59,972 nucleotides of DNA from a virus. Lineage: Duplodnaviria; Caudoviricetes. The notes below the pieces were generated by a model, which was not told where the DNA came from, made no database searches, and was given only the letters and a program-made list of their open reading frames with translations. The DNA is taken from the IMG/VR virus record IMGVR_UViG_3300025137_000039, positions 1-59,972 of that record, one strand, 5' to 3'. The position numbers and the translations under genes were made by a program. Within the stretch, counting starts at the first letter, position 1, and the number at the start of each line of letters is the position of its first letter. Shown here one piece after another: positions 39,038-49,074 of this stretch.

Positions 39038-41239
39038 ATGGCAACTCCGCAATTATCTCCAGGGGTTCTGGTCAGAGAAGTTGACCTTACTGTTGGAAGA
39101 GCTGATAATGTAACAGATAATATTGGTGCGATTGCAGCTCCATTTAAAACTGGACCTGTTGAAGAAGCAACTTTAGTTTCAAGTCAAGGACAACTTATTG
39201 ATGTGTTTGGTAAACCCCAAGCATCAGATAATCATTATGAATCCTGGATGACAGCATCAGAGTTTTTAACATATGGTGGGGCATTAAGTGTTGTAAGAAT
39301 TGATGGATCAAACCTCAATAATGCTAATGCTGGAGTTTCTATTGCTTCAACCACAGTAAAAATTAAAAATTATGATGATTATGAAAATAATTATTCAACA
39401 GCAACTGATTGGTTCTATGCATCCAGAACACCTGGAGAACTTGCAACTAATCTAAAAGTTTGTTTTATTGATAATGCTGCTGACCAAACTGTTGGAATTG
39501 CAACAATTGCCTTATCTGGTGGGGCACAAGACATTAAAGTTGGATATGGTGTTACAGTTCAAATAACCAATGCAACTGTTCCAGGTGTTGGAACTACATC
39601 AACATTTACTGGAATGTTGAAAGGAATTGTGACAGGTGTCAGTACACAGTCTAGTGCTGCTGCTGGTAACAGTACAGTTGATATTAGAATTGTATCAAGA
39701 GTATCATCTGCTGCAACAGACACTGGAACAGTATATAATATTAATTATGAAAGAGGAAATGAAGGAGCATCAATTCCTGCATCTAGTGTTGTAAGATTTG
39801 TAAACAATACTGGTATTAACACTGGAACTAATTTAACTGCTGCAACATCTGTTGATTGGTATGACCAACAGACCCTAGGTCTTACAAACTCAACTGTTTT
39901 TTGGAAGAATCTGGCACCTAAACCAGTTACTAACCAATATGCAAATAATAGAAGTTCAAGAAATGATGCACTGCACGTAGCAGTTGTTGATGATACAGGA
40001 ACTGTAACAGGTATTCAAGGTAATATTCTTGAAACAAATCTTTTCTTATCTAAAGCACTTGATTCTTTAGCTGATGGTGATTCACCAGTTAAAAATTATT
40101 ATAAGAGTTATCTTGCAAATAATTCTCAATACATTTTTGTAGGTGCTAATGGTGGAACAACTTTTGATGCAGTAAACAACAAAGAACCACAAGCAAGTGG
40201 ATTCTCATCTGGATATGTAAAAGTAACTTTAGGTGCTGGTGCTTGGGGTCTCAATGCTCAGGGAGTTCAATTTAATGCATTAGGTAATGTAAGTTACACA
40301 TTAAAAGGTGGTGCTGATTATGGTGCAAATGGTGGAATGAGTGGATCTCTTGGTGACATTCTTACTGGATATAATCTTTTTGAAAATAGTGACGAAGTAA
40401 GAGTTGACTACTTACTCATGGGAGCATCACAATCATCTGAACTAGAAACTCAAGCAAAGGCAAATCTTTTGATTGCTCTTGCTGAAGGAAGAAAGGACTG
40501 TATGGCTGTTATTTCTCCACATAGAGCTAATGTTGTTAATGTAAACAACACTACAACTCAAACTGCTAATTTATTGAATTATTATTCAAAAATTAATTCT
40601 TCTTCTTATGCAGTTCTTGATAGTGGTTACAAATATGTTTATGATAGATTTAATAATGAATTTAGGTATATTCCTTTGAATGGTGATATTGCTGGTATTA
40701 TGGCAAGAAATGGACTTGAAAACTTCCCTTGGTTCTCACCTGCAGGTGCTCAAAGAGGTGTAGTTAACAATTCAATTAAACTTGCATATAATCCAACTAA
40801 ATCACAAAGAGATCAACTCTACAGTGCAAGAATTAATCCTGTTATCAATCAGCAAGCCTCTGGCGCAATGCTTTTTGGTGATAAGACAGCACTTTCTTAT
40901 AAGTCTGCCTTTGATAGGATTAATGTAAGAAAACTCTTCTTAACTGTTGAAAGAGCACTTGAATCTGCTTCTAATAGTCAACTTTTTGAACTTAATGATG
41001 ATGAAACAAGAGCAAACTTCTTTAATATTGTTGAACCATACTTGAGAGATATTCAATCCCAAAGAGGTATTGAAGATTTTAAAGTTATCTGTGATGAAAC
41101 AAATAACACCCCAGCAGTCATTGACAACAATGAGTTTAGGGCTGATATCTTTATCCAACCAGCTAGATCTATCAATTATGTCACATTGACATTTGTTGCC
41201 ACAAGAAGTGGTATAGAGTTCAATGAAGTGATTGGGTAA
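39038..41239 (+). CDS. gp18: tail sheath protein gp18
   Basis: LSPGVLVREVDLT, PWFSPAG, FGDKT, FDRINVRKLF, PARSINY. Confidence 0.97.
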   Translation: MATPQLSPGVLVREVDLTVGRADNVTDNIGAIAAPFKTGPVEEATLVSSQGQLIDVFGKPQASDNHYESWMTASEFLTYGGALSVVRIDGSNLNNANAGVSIASTTVKIKNYDDYENNYSTATDWFYASRTPGELATNLKVCFIDNAADQTVGIATIALSGGAQDIKVGYGVTVQITNATVPGVGTTSTFTGMLKGIVTGVSTQSSAAAGNSTVDIRIVSRVSSAATDTGTVYNINYERGNEGASIPASSVVRFVNNTGINTGTNLTAATSVDWYDQQTLGLTNSTVFWKNLAPKPVTNQYANNRSSRNDALHVAVVDDTGTVTGIQGNILETNLFLSKALDSLADGDSPVKNYYKSYLANNSQYIFVGANGGTTFDAVNNKEPQASGFSSGYVKVTLGAGAWGLNAQGVQFNALGNVSYTLKGGADYGANGGMSGSLGDILTGYNLFENSDEVRVDYLLMGASQSSELETQAKANLLIALAEGRKDCMAVISPHRANVVNVNNTTTQTANLLNYYSKINSSSYAVLDSGYKYVYDRFNNEFRYIPLNGDIAGIMARNGLENFPWFSPAGAQRGVVNNSIKLAYNPTKSQRDQLYSARINPVINQQASGAMLFGDKTALSYKSAFDRINVRKLFLTVERALESASNSQLFELNDDETRANFFNIVEPYLRDIQSQRGIEDFKVICDETNNTPAVIDNNEFRADIFIQPARSINYVTLTFVATRSGIEFNEVIG

Positions 41240-41275
41240 TTTAAATAATATAAAATAATCAAGAGGTAATCAACA

Positions 41276-41932
41276 ATGGCAAACAGTTTAACCACCAAAA
41301 ACCTTCAAGGTTTTAAAACTAGATTAAAGGGCGGTGGTGCTCGCCCTAATCTATTTGAGGTATCAATCCCCACATTTCCAACTGCAGTTACTGAATCAAG
41401 TCAAGCTAATTGGAATGTCAGCAGAAATAATGAACTTAGGTTCTTTTGTAAAGCTGCACAACTTCCTGCTTCAACAGTTGCTGAAGTTCCTGTTCCTTTT
41501 AGGGGTAGAATTTTAAAAGTTGCTGGAGACAGAACTTTTGAACCTTGGACTATTACTATCATTAATGATGAAAACTTTAGAATGAGGTCTTCTTTTGAAG
41601 CTTGGATGAATACAATTAGTGATTTGAGTCATGCTACTGGAGTTACAAATCCTACTTCGTATATGACTGATGCTTATGTTTATCAGTTAGGAAGAGGAGC
41701 TGCTAAAAATGCAGCAACTCATCCTGAAGGTAATTTAAATCAATCAATTCTAAGATCTTACAAGTTCCTAGATGTCTTCCCAACTGAAGTATCTTCTATT
41801 GATTTAAGTTATGATTCATCTGATACTATTGAAGAATTCTCTGTAACTTTACAGGTACAAGAATTTAGCATTGGTATAGGTGAAGATGGAAGATCTGATT
41901 CTAAGACTGGTAAGGATAAGGAGATAGTATAA
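41276..41932 (+). CDS. gp19: tail tube protein gp19
   Basis: GGGARPNLFEV, FRGRILKVAGDRTFEPWTIT, IEEFSVT. Confidence 0.96.
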   Translation: MANSLTTKNLQGFKTRLKGGGARPNLFEVSIPTFPTAVTESSQANWNVSRNNELRFFCKAAQLPASTVAEVPVPFRGRILKVAGDRTFEPWTITIINDENFRMRSSFEAWMNTISDLSHATGVTNPTSYMTDAYVYQLGRGAAKNAATHPEGNLNQSILRSYKFLDVFPTEVSSIDLSYDSSDTIEEFSVTLQVQEFSIGIGEDGRSDSKTGKDKEIV

Positions 41933-41972
41933 AATGAATAAATAACTAGACATAAGTCTAGTTTTTAATATA

Positions 41973-43625
41973 ATGGCCAAATTATTTGGTTTCTCAATTG
42001 ATGATAATGAGAAGCAACCACCAGGACTAATATCTCCAGTTCCTCCTAACAATCAGGATGGATCTGAGAATTATGTTAGTTCTGGTTTTTTTGGTTCTTA
42101 TGTAGATATTGAAGGTATTTACAAGAATGAAAATGATCTTATTAGAAGATATAGATCAATGTCACTATATCCTGAATGTGATAGTGCAATTGAAGACATA
42201 GTTAATGAAGCAATTGTAGCAGATACTAATGATTCACCTGTAGAAATTGAACTTTCAAACCTTAATGCAAGTGATGGTATAAAGAAAAAAATTAGAGAAG
42301 AGTTTAGATTTATTTTAGATCTTCTAGATTTTGATACTAAAGCACATGAAATTTTTAGAAATTGGTATATTGATGGTAGATTATATTATAATAAAGTAAT
42401 TGATCAAAAAAATCCTACAGAAGGAATTAAAGAACTAAGATATATTGATGCATCTAAGATGCGTTTTATTCGTCAAATTGTAAAAAAGAAAGGTGATGGT
42501 GCTTTTATAAAACAAGAACAACCAAATCAATATGATTTTCCAGAAATTGAAGAGTATTTTGTTTATACTGAGGGACAGAAAAAAACTGGATATGGAACAC
42601 AAGTATCAAGCAATGGTGTTAAATTAACAAAAGATTCTGTTTGTTATTGTACCTCTGGATTAGTTGATAGAAACAAGGGATTAACTCTTTCTTGGTTACA
42701 TAAATCAATCAAACCACTCAATCAACTCATGATGATTGAAGATTCTCTTGTCATCTACAGACTTTCAAGAGCACCAGAACGTAGAATTTTTTACATTGAT
42801 GTTGGCAATCTTCCTAAGGTAAAAGCAGAGCAATATCTGCGTGATGTAATGACTCGTTACAGAAATAAACTTGTCTATGATGCAAACACAGGTGAAATTC
42901 GTGATGATAAAAAACATATGTCCATGATGGAAGACTTCTGGCTTCCTAGACGTGAAGGTGGTAGAGGGACTGAGATCACTACACTTCCAGGTGGACAAAA
43001 TCTTGGTGAGATTACTGATATCAATTACTTTCAAAAGAAGTTATATAGAGCACTCAATGTACCTGAAACTAGAATTCAAGGAGAGGGTGGTTTCTCACTA
43101 GGAAGATCATCTGAAATTCTAAGAGATGAAATCAAATTCTCCAAGTTTGTTGGAAGAATGAGAAAAAGATTCTCCCACATGTTCCAGGATCTTTTAAAGA
43201 CACAACTTATTCTAAAAAATGTTGTAACTCCTGAAGATTGGGAGTTAATGTCTGATCATATTCAGTATGATTTTCTCTATGACAATCACTTTGCTGAACT
43301 CAAAGAGGCAGAACTTACTACTGAAAGAATTAATCTAGCAACTTTGGCAGAACCTTATGTTGGTAAGTTTTACTCTAATGATTATGTAAGACGTAAAATT
43401 TTACGCCAAACTGATCAAGAAATTATTGAACAGGATGCATTGATTGAAAAAGAAATTAAGGATGGTATTATTCCTGATCCAAGTCAAATGGCAATTGATC
43501 CGATGACTGGTCAACCAATTCCACCTCAACCTGGTGATACATCTGGTGGTTTAATGGGTGCTACACCCCAAGCTCCAGAGGTAGAAGAAAAGAAATTTGA
43601 AACACCCACAGGTGGGGAAATATAA
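41973..43625 (+). CDS. gp20: portal vertex protein gp20
   Basis: RAPERRIFYIDVGNLPK, EDFWLPRREGGRGTEITTLPGG. Confidence 0.98.
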   Translation: MAKLFGFSIDDNEKQPPGLISPVPPNNQDGSENYVSSGFFGSYVDIEGIYKNENDLIRRYRSMSLYPECDSAIEDIVNEAIVADTNDSPVEIELSNLNASDGIKKKIREEFRFILDLLDFDTKAHEIFRNWYIDGRLYYNKVIDQKNPTEGIKELRYIDASKMRFIRQIVKKKGDGAFIKQEQPNQYDFPEIEEYFVYTEGQKKTGYGTQVSSNGVKLTKDSVCYCTSGLVDRNKGLTLSWLHKSIKPLNQLMMIEDSLVIYRLSRAPERRIFYIDVGNLPKVKAEQYLRDVMTRYRNKLVYDANTGEIRDDKKHMSMMEDFWLPRREGGRGTEITTLPGGQNLGEITDINYFQKKLYRALNVPETRIQGEGGFSLGRSSEILRDEIKFSKFVGRMRKRFSHMFQDLLKTQLILKNVVTPEDWELMSDHIQYDFLYDNHFAELKEAELTTERINLATLAEPYVGKFYSNDYVRRKILRQTDQEIIEQDALIEKEIKDGIIPDPSQMAIDPMTGQPIPPQPGDTSGGLMGATPQAPEVEEKKFETPTGGEI

Positions 43626-43628
43626 ATA
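43621..43628 (+). promoter_or_regulatory. T4-type late promoter
   Basis: Exact TATAAATA overlapping the gp20 stop. Confidence 0.7.
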
Positions 43629-43650
43629 AACATATTATATCTTATACAAA

Positions 43651-43860
43651 ATGGATGAATTAATGGATTTGTTGGTGAAAGATGAATCACCAAATCAAAT
43701 CAGCGATAAAATTAAAGATATTTTGTTTGCAAAGACTGCTGATAAAGTAACTGATGCAAGACCAAATATTATGAATTCAATCTTTGATGGTGATCAACCT
43801 GAAGAACAACAATCAGTTGAACCAGAGGTTAAAATTTCTTCTGATGAAGAAGAAAACTAA
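43651..43860 (+). CDS. small acidic protein, possible prohead core (gp67 position)
   Basis: 69 aa, acidic; syntenic between gp20 and gp21. Confidence 0.7.
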   Translation: MDELMDLLVKDESPNQISDKIKDILFAKTADKVTDARPNIMNSIFDGDQPEEQQSVEPEVKISSDEEEN

Positions 43861-43893
43861 ATACATAATACAGGTCTATTGTAATTCAAAGAA

Positions 43894-44451
43894 ATGGCGA
43901 GCGCATTAAAACCAGTTGGTTCTGGACAAGTCATATCAACAAGTGGTACAGCAGCTGCTTCTGCTGCATTTAAACAACAAACTGATACTCTCAGGATTGT
44001 TGCAGAGGGAGCAGGTGTTCATGTTGCAATAGGAACTCTTCCAGTTGCAGTTGCAACTGACATATATGTTCCTTCAGGGGGTGGTGGTGATGAAAAAATT
44101 AGTCTTGGTCCAGTTGCTTCACAAGCAGTTATTGGTATTACAACAGGCACAACAACTATTCTTGATTTTCCTGAAGGAACAGGTTGTCCTTTTGGAGAAG
44201 GAAACTCTGTTTCCCTTACTGTGGATGGACAATCATATTATGATTTTGAACATAAAATTTTAAGCAGTATTAATCAAACTGCAGGCATTGGTGGATTTTT
44301 TGCAACAAGGGTAGTAGTTGATCATGATTCAAGTGGCATTGTCACTGCAGTAAATGCACCATATGCTGAATTGAGAAGATCAATTAAAATATCTTTAAAA
44401 ACTAACGCTGGCACTGGAACAGCATTCATTCAACAAGTACAAGTTTCCTGA
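43894..44451 (+). CDS. putative virion protein
   Basis: 185 aa, beta-rich; CTAAATA late-type promoter upstream; lies in the head module. Confidence 0.75.
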   Translation: MASALKPVGSGQVISTSGTAAASAAFKQQTDTLRIVAEGAGVHVAIGTLPVAVATDIYVPSGGGGDEKISLGPVASQAVIGITTGTTTILDFPEGTGCPFGEGNSVSLTVDGQSYYDFEHKILSSINQTAGIGGFFATRVVVDHDSSGIVTAVNAPYAELRRSIKISLKTNAGTGTAFIQQVQVS

Positions 44452-44457
44452 GGAAAA

Positions 44458-45108
44458 ATGAAACTAATCAGAGAAGAAATCGAATCAGTTGACTTTCTTG
44501 TAGAAAGTGTAGGTGGCAAAAAGTCAATGTTTATTGAAGGCATCTTTTTACAAGGTGATCTTCAAAACAGAAATGGTAGAATGTATCCTATGAATGTCCT
44601 TAGAAAGGAAGTTCAAAGATACAATGAGAATCATGTAAAGGCTGGTAGAGCATTAGGTGAACTGGGACACCCAGAAGGACCTACTGTTAATCTTGATAGA
44701 GTATCACACAAAATTGTTTCATTGAGAGAAAGTGGAACAAATTTTATTGGTAAAGCAAAAATTTTAAATACACCAATGGGGAAAATTGCCCAAAATTTGA
44801 TTGATGAAGGTGTAAAACTGGGTGTTTCCTCTAGAGGTATTGGTTCACTTAAAGCAACTAGAGAAGGTGTAAGTATTGTTGGTGATGATTTCATGCTAGC
44901 AACTGCTGCTGATATTGTTGCTGACCCCTCTGCTCCAGATGCCTTTGTTGAAGGCATTATGGAAGGCAAAGAATGGGTGTGGGATGGTGGAATTTTAAGA
45001 GAAAAACTTGCTGCCAAAACATACGCTGAGATCAATACTTTAGTTGATCAAAAGCAACTTGATGAGAAGAAATTGAGTGTATTCAATAATTTTCTCAATA
45101 ACCTTTGA
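44458..45108 (+). CDS. gp21: prohead core scaffold and protease gp21
   Basis: NRNGRMYP, ALGELGHP, GVSSRGIGS, DIVADPSAPDAFV. Confidence 0.96.
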   Translation: MKLIREEIESVDFLVESVGGKKSMFIEGIFLQGDLQNRNGRMYPMNVLRKEVQRYNENHVKAGRALGELGHPEGPTVNLDRVSHKIVSLRESGTNFIGKAKILNTPMGKIAQNLIDEGVKLGVSSRGIGSLKATREGVSIVGDDFMLATAADIVADPSAPDAFVEGIMEGKEWVWDGGILREKLAAKTYAEINTLVDQKQLDEKKLSVFNNFLNNL

Positions 45109-45125
45109 CATCAAAGGTTTTAATT

Positions 45126-45133
45126 TATAAATA
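45126..45133 (+). promoter_or_regulatory. T4-type late promoter
   Basis: Exact TATAAATA before gp22. Confidence 0.8.
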
Positions 45134-45167
45134 AATATAGTTTAAGACAGGTAATCGGAGAGTTCAA

Positions 45168-46238
45168 ATGTCTCGTGGAGATTTACAAGAAATGGAAGTA
45201 GGCACTAAGCAATCCAAGACTGCGGTCAATTCTGGTGCTAAGGCTGGTGATTCAATGGATACTTCATTAGCAGGATCTTATGAAGATCTTGGCGGTCCAA
45301 CACCAGAAAATTACAAAACAGATGATGACTCTGCTAAGCTCAGAGAACCTAAGATTAAGACCGTAAAAGACGTTGTTAATAAAGGTGCTAAACCTGCTGA
45401 TTCAATGCAAAAAATGTCTAAGGAAGAAACTGAATCTACGGATGAAGTTGTTTCTGAGGAAGAAGTTGCTGAAGATCAGGAAGTTGTATCTGAAACAACT
45501 GAGGAAGCATATGACATGGATGAAGATGTCAATGCACTCTTGGGTGGTGAAGAACTCTCCGAAGAGTTTAGAGAAAAAGCAAAGGTTGTCTTTGAAGCTG
45601 CTCTAAATTCTAAAGTAAAAGATATCCAGGAAACCCTGGAAACACAATATCAGTCACAACTTGATGAAACTAAAGAAGAACTTAAAACTACTTTAGTTGA
45701 AAGAGTTGATTCATATCTTGAGTATGTCTGCGAAGAGTGGATGTCTGAGAATGAACTGGCTGTAGAACATGGTATTAAATCTGAAATGACTGAGAGTTTC
45801 CTCTCAGGCATGAAGGATCTTTTTGAAGAACATTATGTAACAATCCCTGAAGACAAATATGATGTGCTGGAAAGCATGGTAGAAAAACTTGATGACATGG
45901 AAACCAAGCTCAATGAGCAAATTGATAAGAATATTGGTCTGAACAGAAGACTTGCTGAGTCATCTGCACAAGGTATTCTTGATCAAGTTTCCTCTGGTCT
46001 TGCTGAGACACAGAAGGAGAAGCTCGCCTCACTTGCAGAAAGTGTGGAGTTTGAAAGTGAAGAAGAATATCGTGAAAAGCTGGAAACTCTGAAGGAGTCA
46101 TACTTCTCCAGAACAGCTCCTGCTGCAAAGACCCAATCATCACAAACTCTCTCTGAGGGTGTAGATAGCACCAACAATCCTGTTTCAGGATCTATGGATG
46201 TATATCTCAGATCACTGGGTGCTTTCAAGCAAAACTGA
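45168..46238 (+). CDS. gp22: prohead core scaffold protein gp22
   Basis: Acidic coiled coil, LSEEFREKA..VFEAA, VDSYLEYV.EEW, LKESYF; between gp21 and gp23. Confidence 0.93.
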   Translation: MSRGDLQEMEVGTKQSKTAVNSGAKAGDSMDTSLAGSYEDLGGPTPENYKTDDDSAKLREPKIKTVKDVVNKGAKPADSMQKMSKEETESTDEVVSEEEVAEDQEVVSETTEEAYDMDEDVNALLGGEELSEEFREKAKVVFEAALNSKVKDIQETLETQYQSQLDETKEELKTTLVERVDSYLEYVCEEWMSENELAVEHGIKSEMTESFLSGMKDLFEEHYVTIPEDKYDVLESMVEKLDDMETKLNEQIDKNIGLNRRLAESSAQGILDQVSSGLAETQKEKLASLAESVEFESEEEYREKLETLKESYFSRTAPAAKTQSSQTLSEGVDSTNNPVSGSMDVYLRSLGAFKQN

Positions 46239-46281
46239 ATTTAATATTAATTCAAACAAACAATCACTAAGGTAAACGCAA

Positions 46282-47712
46282 ATGTTCCAATCTGAACATC
46301 TGCAGGAAAAGTGGGCTCCCCTTCTCGACTATGAAGGTCTAGATGGAATCAAGGATGGTCACAGAAGAGCAGTTACTGCTGTCCTGCTGGAAAATCAAGA
46401 AAAGTTTTTAAAAGAAGAAGCTGCTTTCTCTCAGGGTATTAACCTGATGGAAACACCTACAATGGCTGGCAATGCTGCTGGTGCTTCAGGTGCTTTTGGT
46501 GCTAGTGCAGACCCATCTGGTCCTGTTGCTGGTTTCGACCCAGTTCTGATCTCATTGATCAGACGCGCAATGCCCAACTTGGTCGCATATGACCTTGCTG
46601 GTGTACAACCAATGTCTGGTCCTACTGGACTGATCTTTGCAATGCGCTCCAGATATGAAAATCAGTCTGGTGATGAAGCATTCTATGATGAAGCTAACAC
46701 AGCATTCTCTGGTCAGGATGATGGATTCAATCTGACTGGTGGATTTGCTGATGCTAATGCTGGTCTAGGTACTACTGTACAAGCAGGATCAAACCCCTCT
46801 GCACTTAACCCTGTTGGCACTGCTGTATCTACTGGATACAATGTTGGCGAAGGTATGGTCACAGGTGATTCTGAGAACCTGGGCAATGGTACAGGTAATC
46901 AGTTCAATGAGATGGCTTTCTCAATTGAGAAAGTTACTGTTACTGCTAAGAGCAGAGCTCTGAAGGCAGAATACTCGCTGGAACTGGCTCAAGACCTCAA
47001 GGCCATTCATGGTCTGAATGCTGAAGCAGAACTTGCTAACATCCTCTCTACTGAGATCCTTGCTGAAATCAACAGAGAAGTCATCAGAACTATCTACAAG
47101 TCTGCTGAACAAGGTGCTGTTTCTAACACTGCAATTCGTGGTCAATTTGACCTTGATGTTGACTCAAATGGCAGATGGTCTGTTGAGAAGTTCAAAGGAC
47201 TTCTGTTCCAAATTGAGAGAGATGCTAATGCAATCGCTCAAAGAACAAGACGTGGAAAGGGTAACATTGTCATGTGCTCTGCTGACGTAGCATCTGCACT
47301 GACTATGGCAGGAATCCTGGATTATACTCCAGCCCTGAATGCAAACCTGAATGTTGATGACACTGGCAATACATTTGCTGGAACAATCAATGGTAAGTTC
47401 AGAGTTTACATTGACCCCTATTCAGCAAACCTTGCTTCTAACAACCAGTCTGCTAACTCTGGAAATCAGTACTATGTTGTTGGTTATAAGGGTTCTTCCC
47501 CTTATGATGCAGGTCTATTCTACTGCCCATACGTTCCTCTTCAGATGGTTCGTGCAGTTGGAGAGAACACCTTCCAGCCCAAGATTGGCTTCAAGACCAG
47601 ATATGGTCTGGTTGCTAACCCATTCGCTGAAGGAACAACTTCTGGTCTTGGAAGACTTAGAGTTAACTCTAACCGCTATTACAGAAGAGTTCTTGTTAAG
47701 AACCTCATGTGA
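46282..47712 (+). CDS. gp23: major capsid protein gp23
   Basis: GVQPMSGPTGLIFAMR, SRALKAEYSLELAQDLKAIHGL, YCPYVPL, FQPKIGFKTRYG. Confidence 0.99.
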   Translation: MFQSEHLQEKWAPLLDYEGLDGIKDGHRRAVTAVLLENQEKFLKEEAAFSQGINLMETPTMAGNAAGASGAFGASADPSGPVAGFDPVLISLIRRAMPNLVAYDLAGVQPMSGPTGLIFAMRSRYENQSGDEAFYDEANTAFSGQDDGFNLTGGFADANAGLGTTVQAGSNPSALNPVGTAVSTGYNVGEGMVTGDSENLGNGTGNQFNEMAFSIEKVTVTAKSRALKAEYSLELAQDLKAIHGLNAEAELANILSTEILAEINREVIRTIYKSAEQGAVSNTAIRGQFDLDVDSNGRWSVEKFKGLLFQIERDANAIAQRTRRGKGNIVMCSADVASALTMAGILDYTPALNANLNVDDTGNTFAGTINGKFRVYIDPYSANLASNNQSANSGNQYYVVGYKGSSPYDAGLFYCPYVPLQMVRAVGENTFQPKIGFKTRYGLVANPFAEGTTSGLGRLRVNSNRYYRRVLVKNLM

Positions 47713-47752
47713 TCAAGGTTGTTGTGGGGCAGGATGTCCCACATGCTCATTC

Positions 47753-47779
47753 AGACCCCCATCAAGGGGGTCTTTTTTT
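47753..47779 (+). terminator. intrinsic terminator after gp23
   Basis: AGACCCCC-ATCAA-GGGGGTCT followed by a T-run. Confidence 0.88.
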
Positions 47780-47808
47780 ATGCTTTTCATAAATAATCAT
47801 AAAACATT

Positions 47809-48417
47809 ATGACTTACTCTACATCAAAAGATGTAAGAACAAGACAGGCAGCAAGAAGCACTATTGCTACTGTTGGAAAAAATCAATTACAAAATAGAAA
47901 TTTTCTTCAACCACAAGGTTTTAGATTTCAGGTTGCAAGAGCACCTAAAGTATCATTTTTTGGAAATGCAGTTAACATTCCAGGAATGCAACTTAGAACT
48001 ATAGTTCAAACAACAGCAGGTTTAAAAGATATTGATCTTCCAGGAGAAGTTATAGATTTTGAAGATCTTACACTTAGATTTTTAGTTGATGAAGATCTTC
48101 AAAATTATATTGAAATACAGAATTGGATAAGAGGTCTTGGTTTTCCTGAAAGTTTAGAGGAGATTTATGATTTACAAAAAGATGATCTTGGAACTGTAAA
48201 AGATTCTGTTGGGATGAACATATACTCTGATGGCACACTTACAGTTTTTGATTCTTTATCAAATCCCAATTTTAGAATTATATTTCAAGAATTATTCCCT
48301 TATTCCTTGAGTACAATTCAATTTGATGCTACAATAGCAGATATGGAATACTTCACTGCAGAGGTATCTTTTAAATATTTAAACTATACTATAAAAAAAG
48401 GAACTGGATTTAAATGA
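47809..48417 (+). CDS. gp3: tail tube terminator / completion protein gp3
   Basis: NRNFLQPQGFRF, FEDLTLRFLVDEDLQNY, FPYSLS..FDA; CATAAATA upstream; cyanophage synteny gp23-gp3-uvsY-uvsW. Confidence 0.88.
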   Translation: MTYSTSKDVRTRQAARSTIATVGKNQLQNRNFLQPQGFRFQVARAPKVSFFGNAVNIPGMQLRTIVQTTAGLKDIDLPGEVIDFEDLTLRFLVDEDLQNYIEIQNWIRGLGFPESLEEIYDLQKDDLGTVKDSVGMNIYSDGTLTVFDSLSNPNFRIIFQELFPYSLSTIQFDATIADMEYFTAEVSFKYLNYTIKKGTGFK

Positions 48418-48848
48418 TTGATTTGGATACTATCCAAAAAATGTGGGAAAGAGATGCAAAAATAGATCCTGATAATTTACATACAGAATCTCTCAACATT
48501 CCAATCTTACATTCAAAATACTATGAAATATATAATAACATATATCTACTAAGAAAAAAAGCAGAGCAACAAAGAAAGAATATCAGACATGAAAGATATG
48601 AATATTTTAGTGGAAAATCAGATCCAAATGTTTACATAGAAAATCCATTTCCTAAAAAAATTAGGGATAAAGAAACTATGCAAAAATATTTGGATGCAGA
48701 TGAAAAACTCTCAGGTGTTTCATTAAAAATTGATTATTATGAAACTATGTTGAGTTATCTTGAAGAGATTTTAAAACAGATAACTAATAGAACTTATCAA
48801 ATAAAGAATTCAATTGAGTTCATGCGTTTCACCTCAGGATTAGGTTAA
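48414..48848 (+). CDS. uvsY: recombination mediator UvsY
   Basis: IPILHSKY, YLDAD, R.YQIKNSIEF.RF.SG; synteny. Confidence 0.9.
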   Translation: MIDLDTIQKMWERDAKIDPDNLHTESLNIPILHSKYYEIYNNIYLLRKKAEQQRKNIRHERYEYFSGKSDPNVYIENPFPKKIRDKETMQKYLDADEKLSGVSLKIDYYETMLSYLEEILKQITNRTYQIKNSIEFMRFTSGLG

Positions 48849-49048
48849 TGAACCAGGAAGAAGATTTACCTTTTTATAATGTAACTCTTGGAATAGATGA
48901 TGTTAGAGTTCTGCACTACGCAGTGACTGAGGCAATTCAAAAATGGCCAGGTTCTCCTGCCAGACCACAAGAAGAACAAGAATTGCTTTGGAATTCTAGA
49001 GATTGGTTAACAAAAATAATACTTGAAAATACATTTCAAAGCAAATAA
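48848..49048 (+). CDS. hypothetical protein
   Basis: 66 aa, KWPGSPARP.EEQE; TAATG overlap with uvsY. Confidence 0.75.
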   Translation: MNQEEDLPFYNVTLGIDDVRVLHYAVTEAIQKWPGSPARPQEEQELLWNSRDWLTKIILENTFQSK

Positions 49049-49074
49049 TAAATACTGTTAGGTGAAACTTCATC

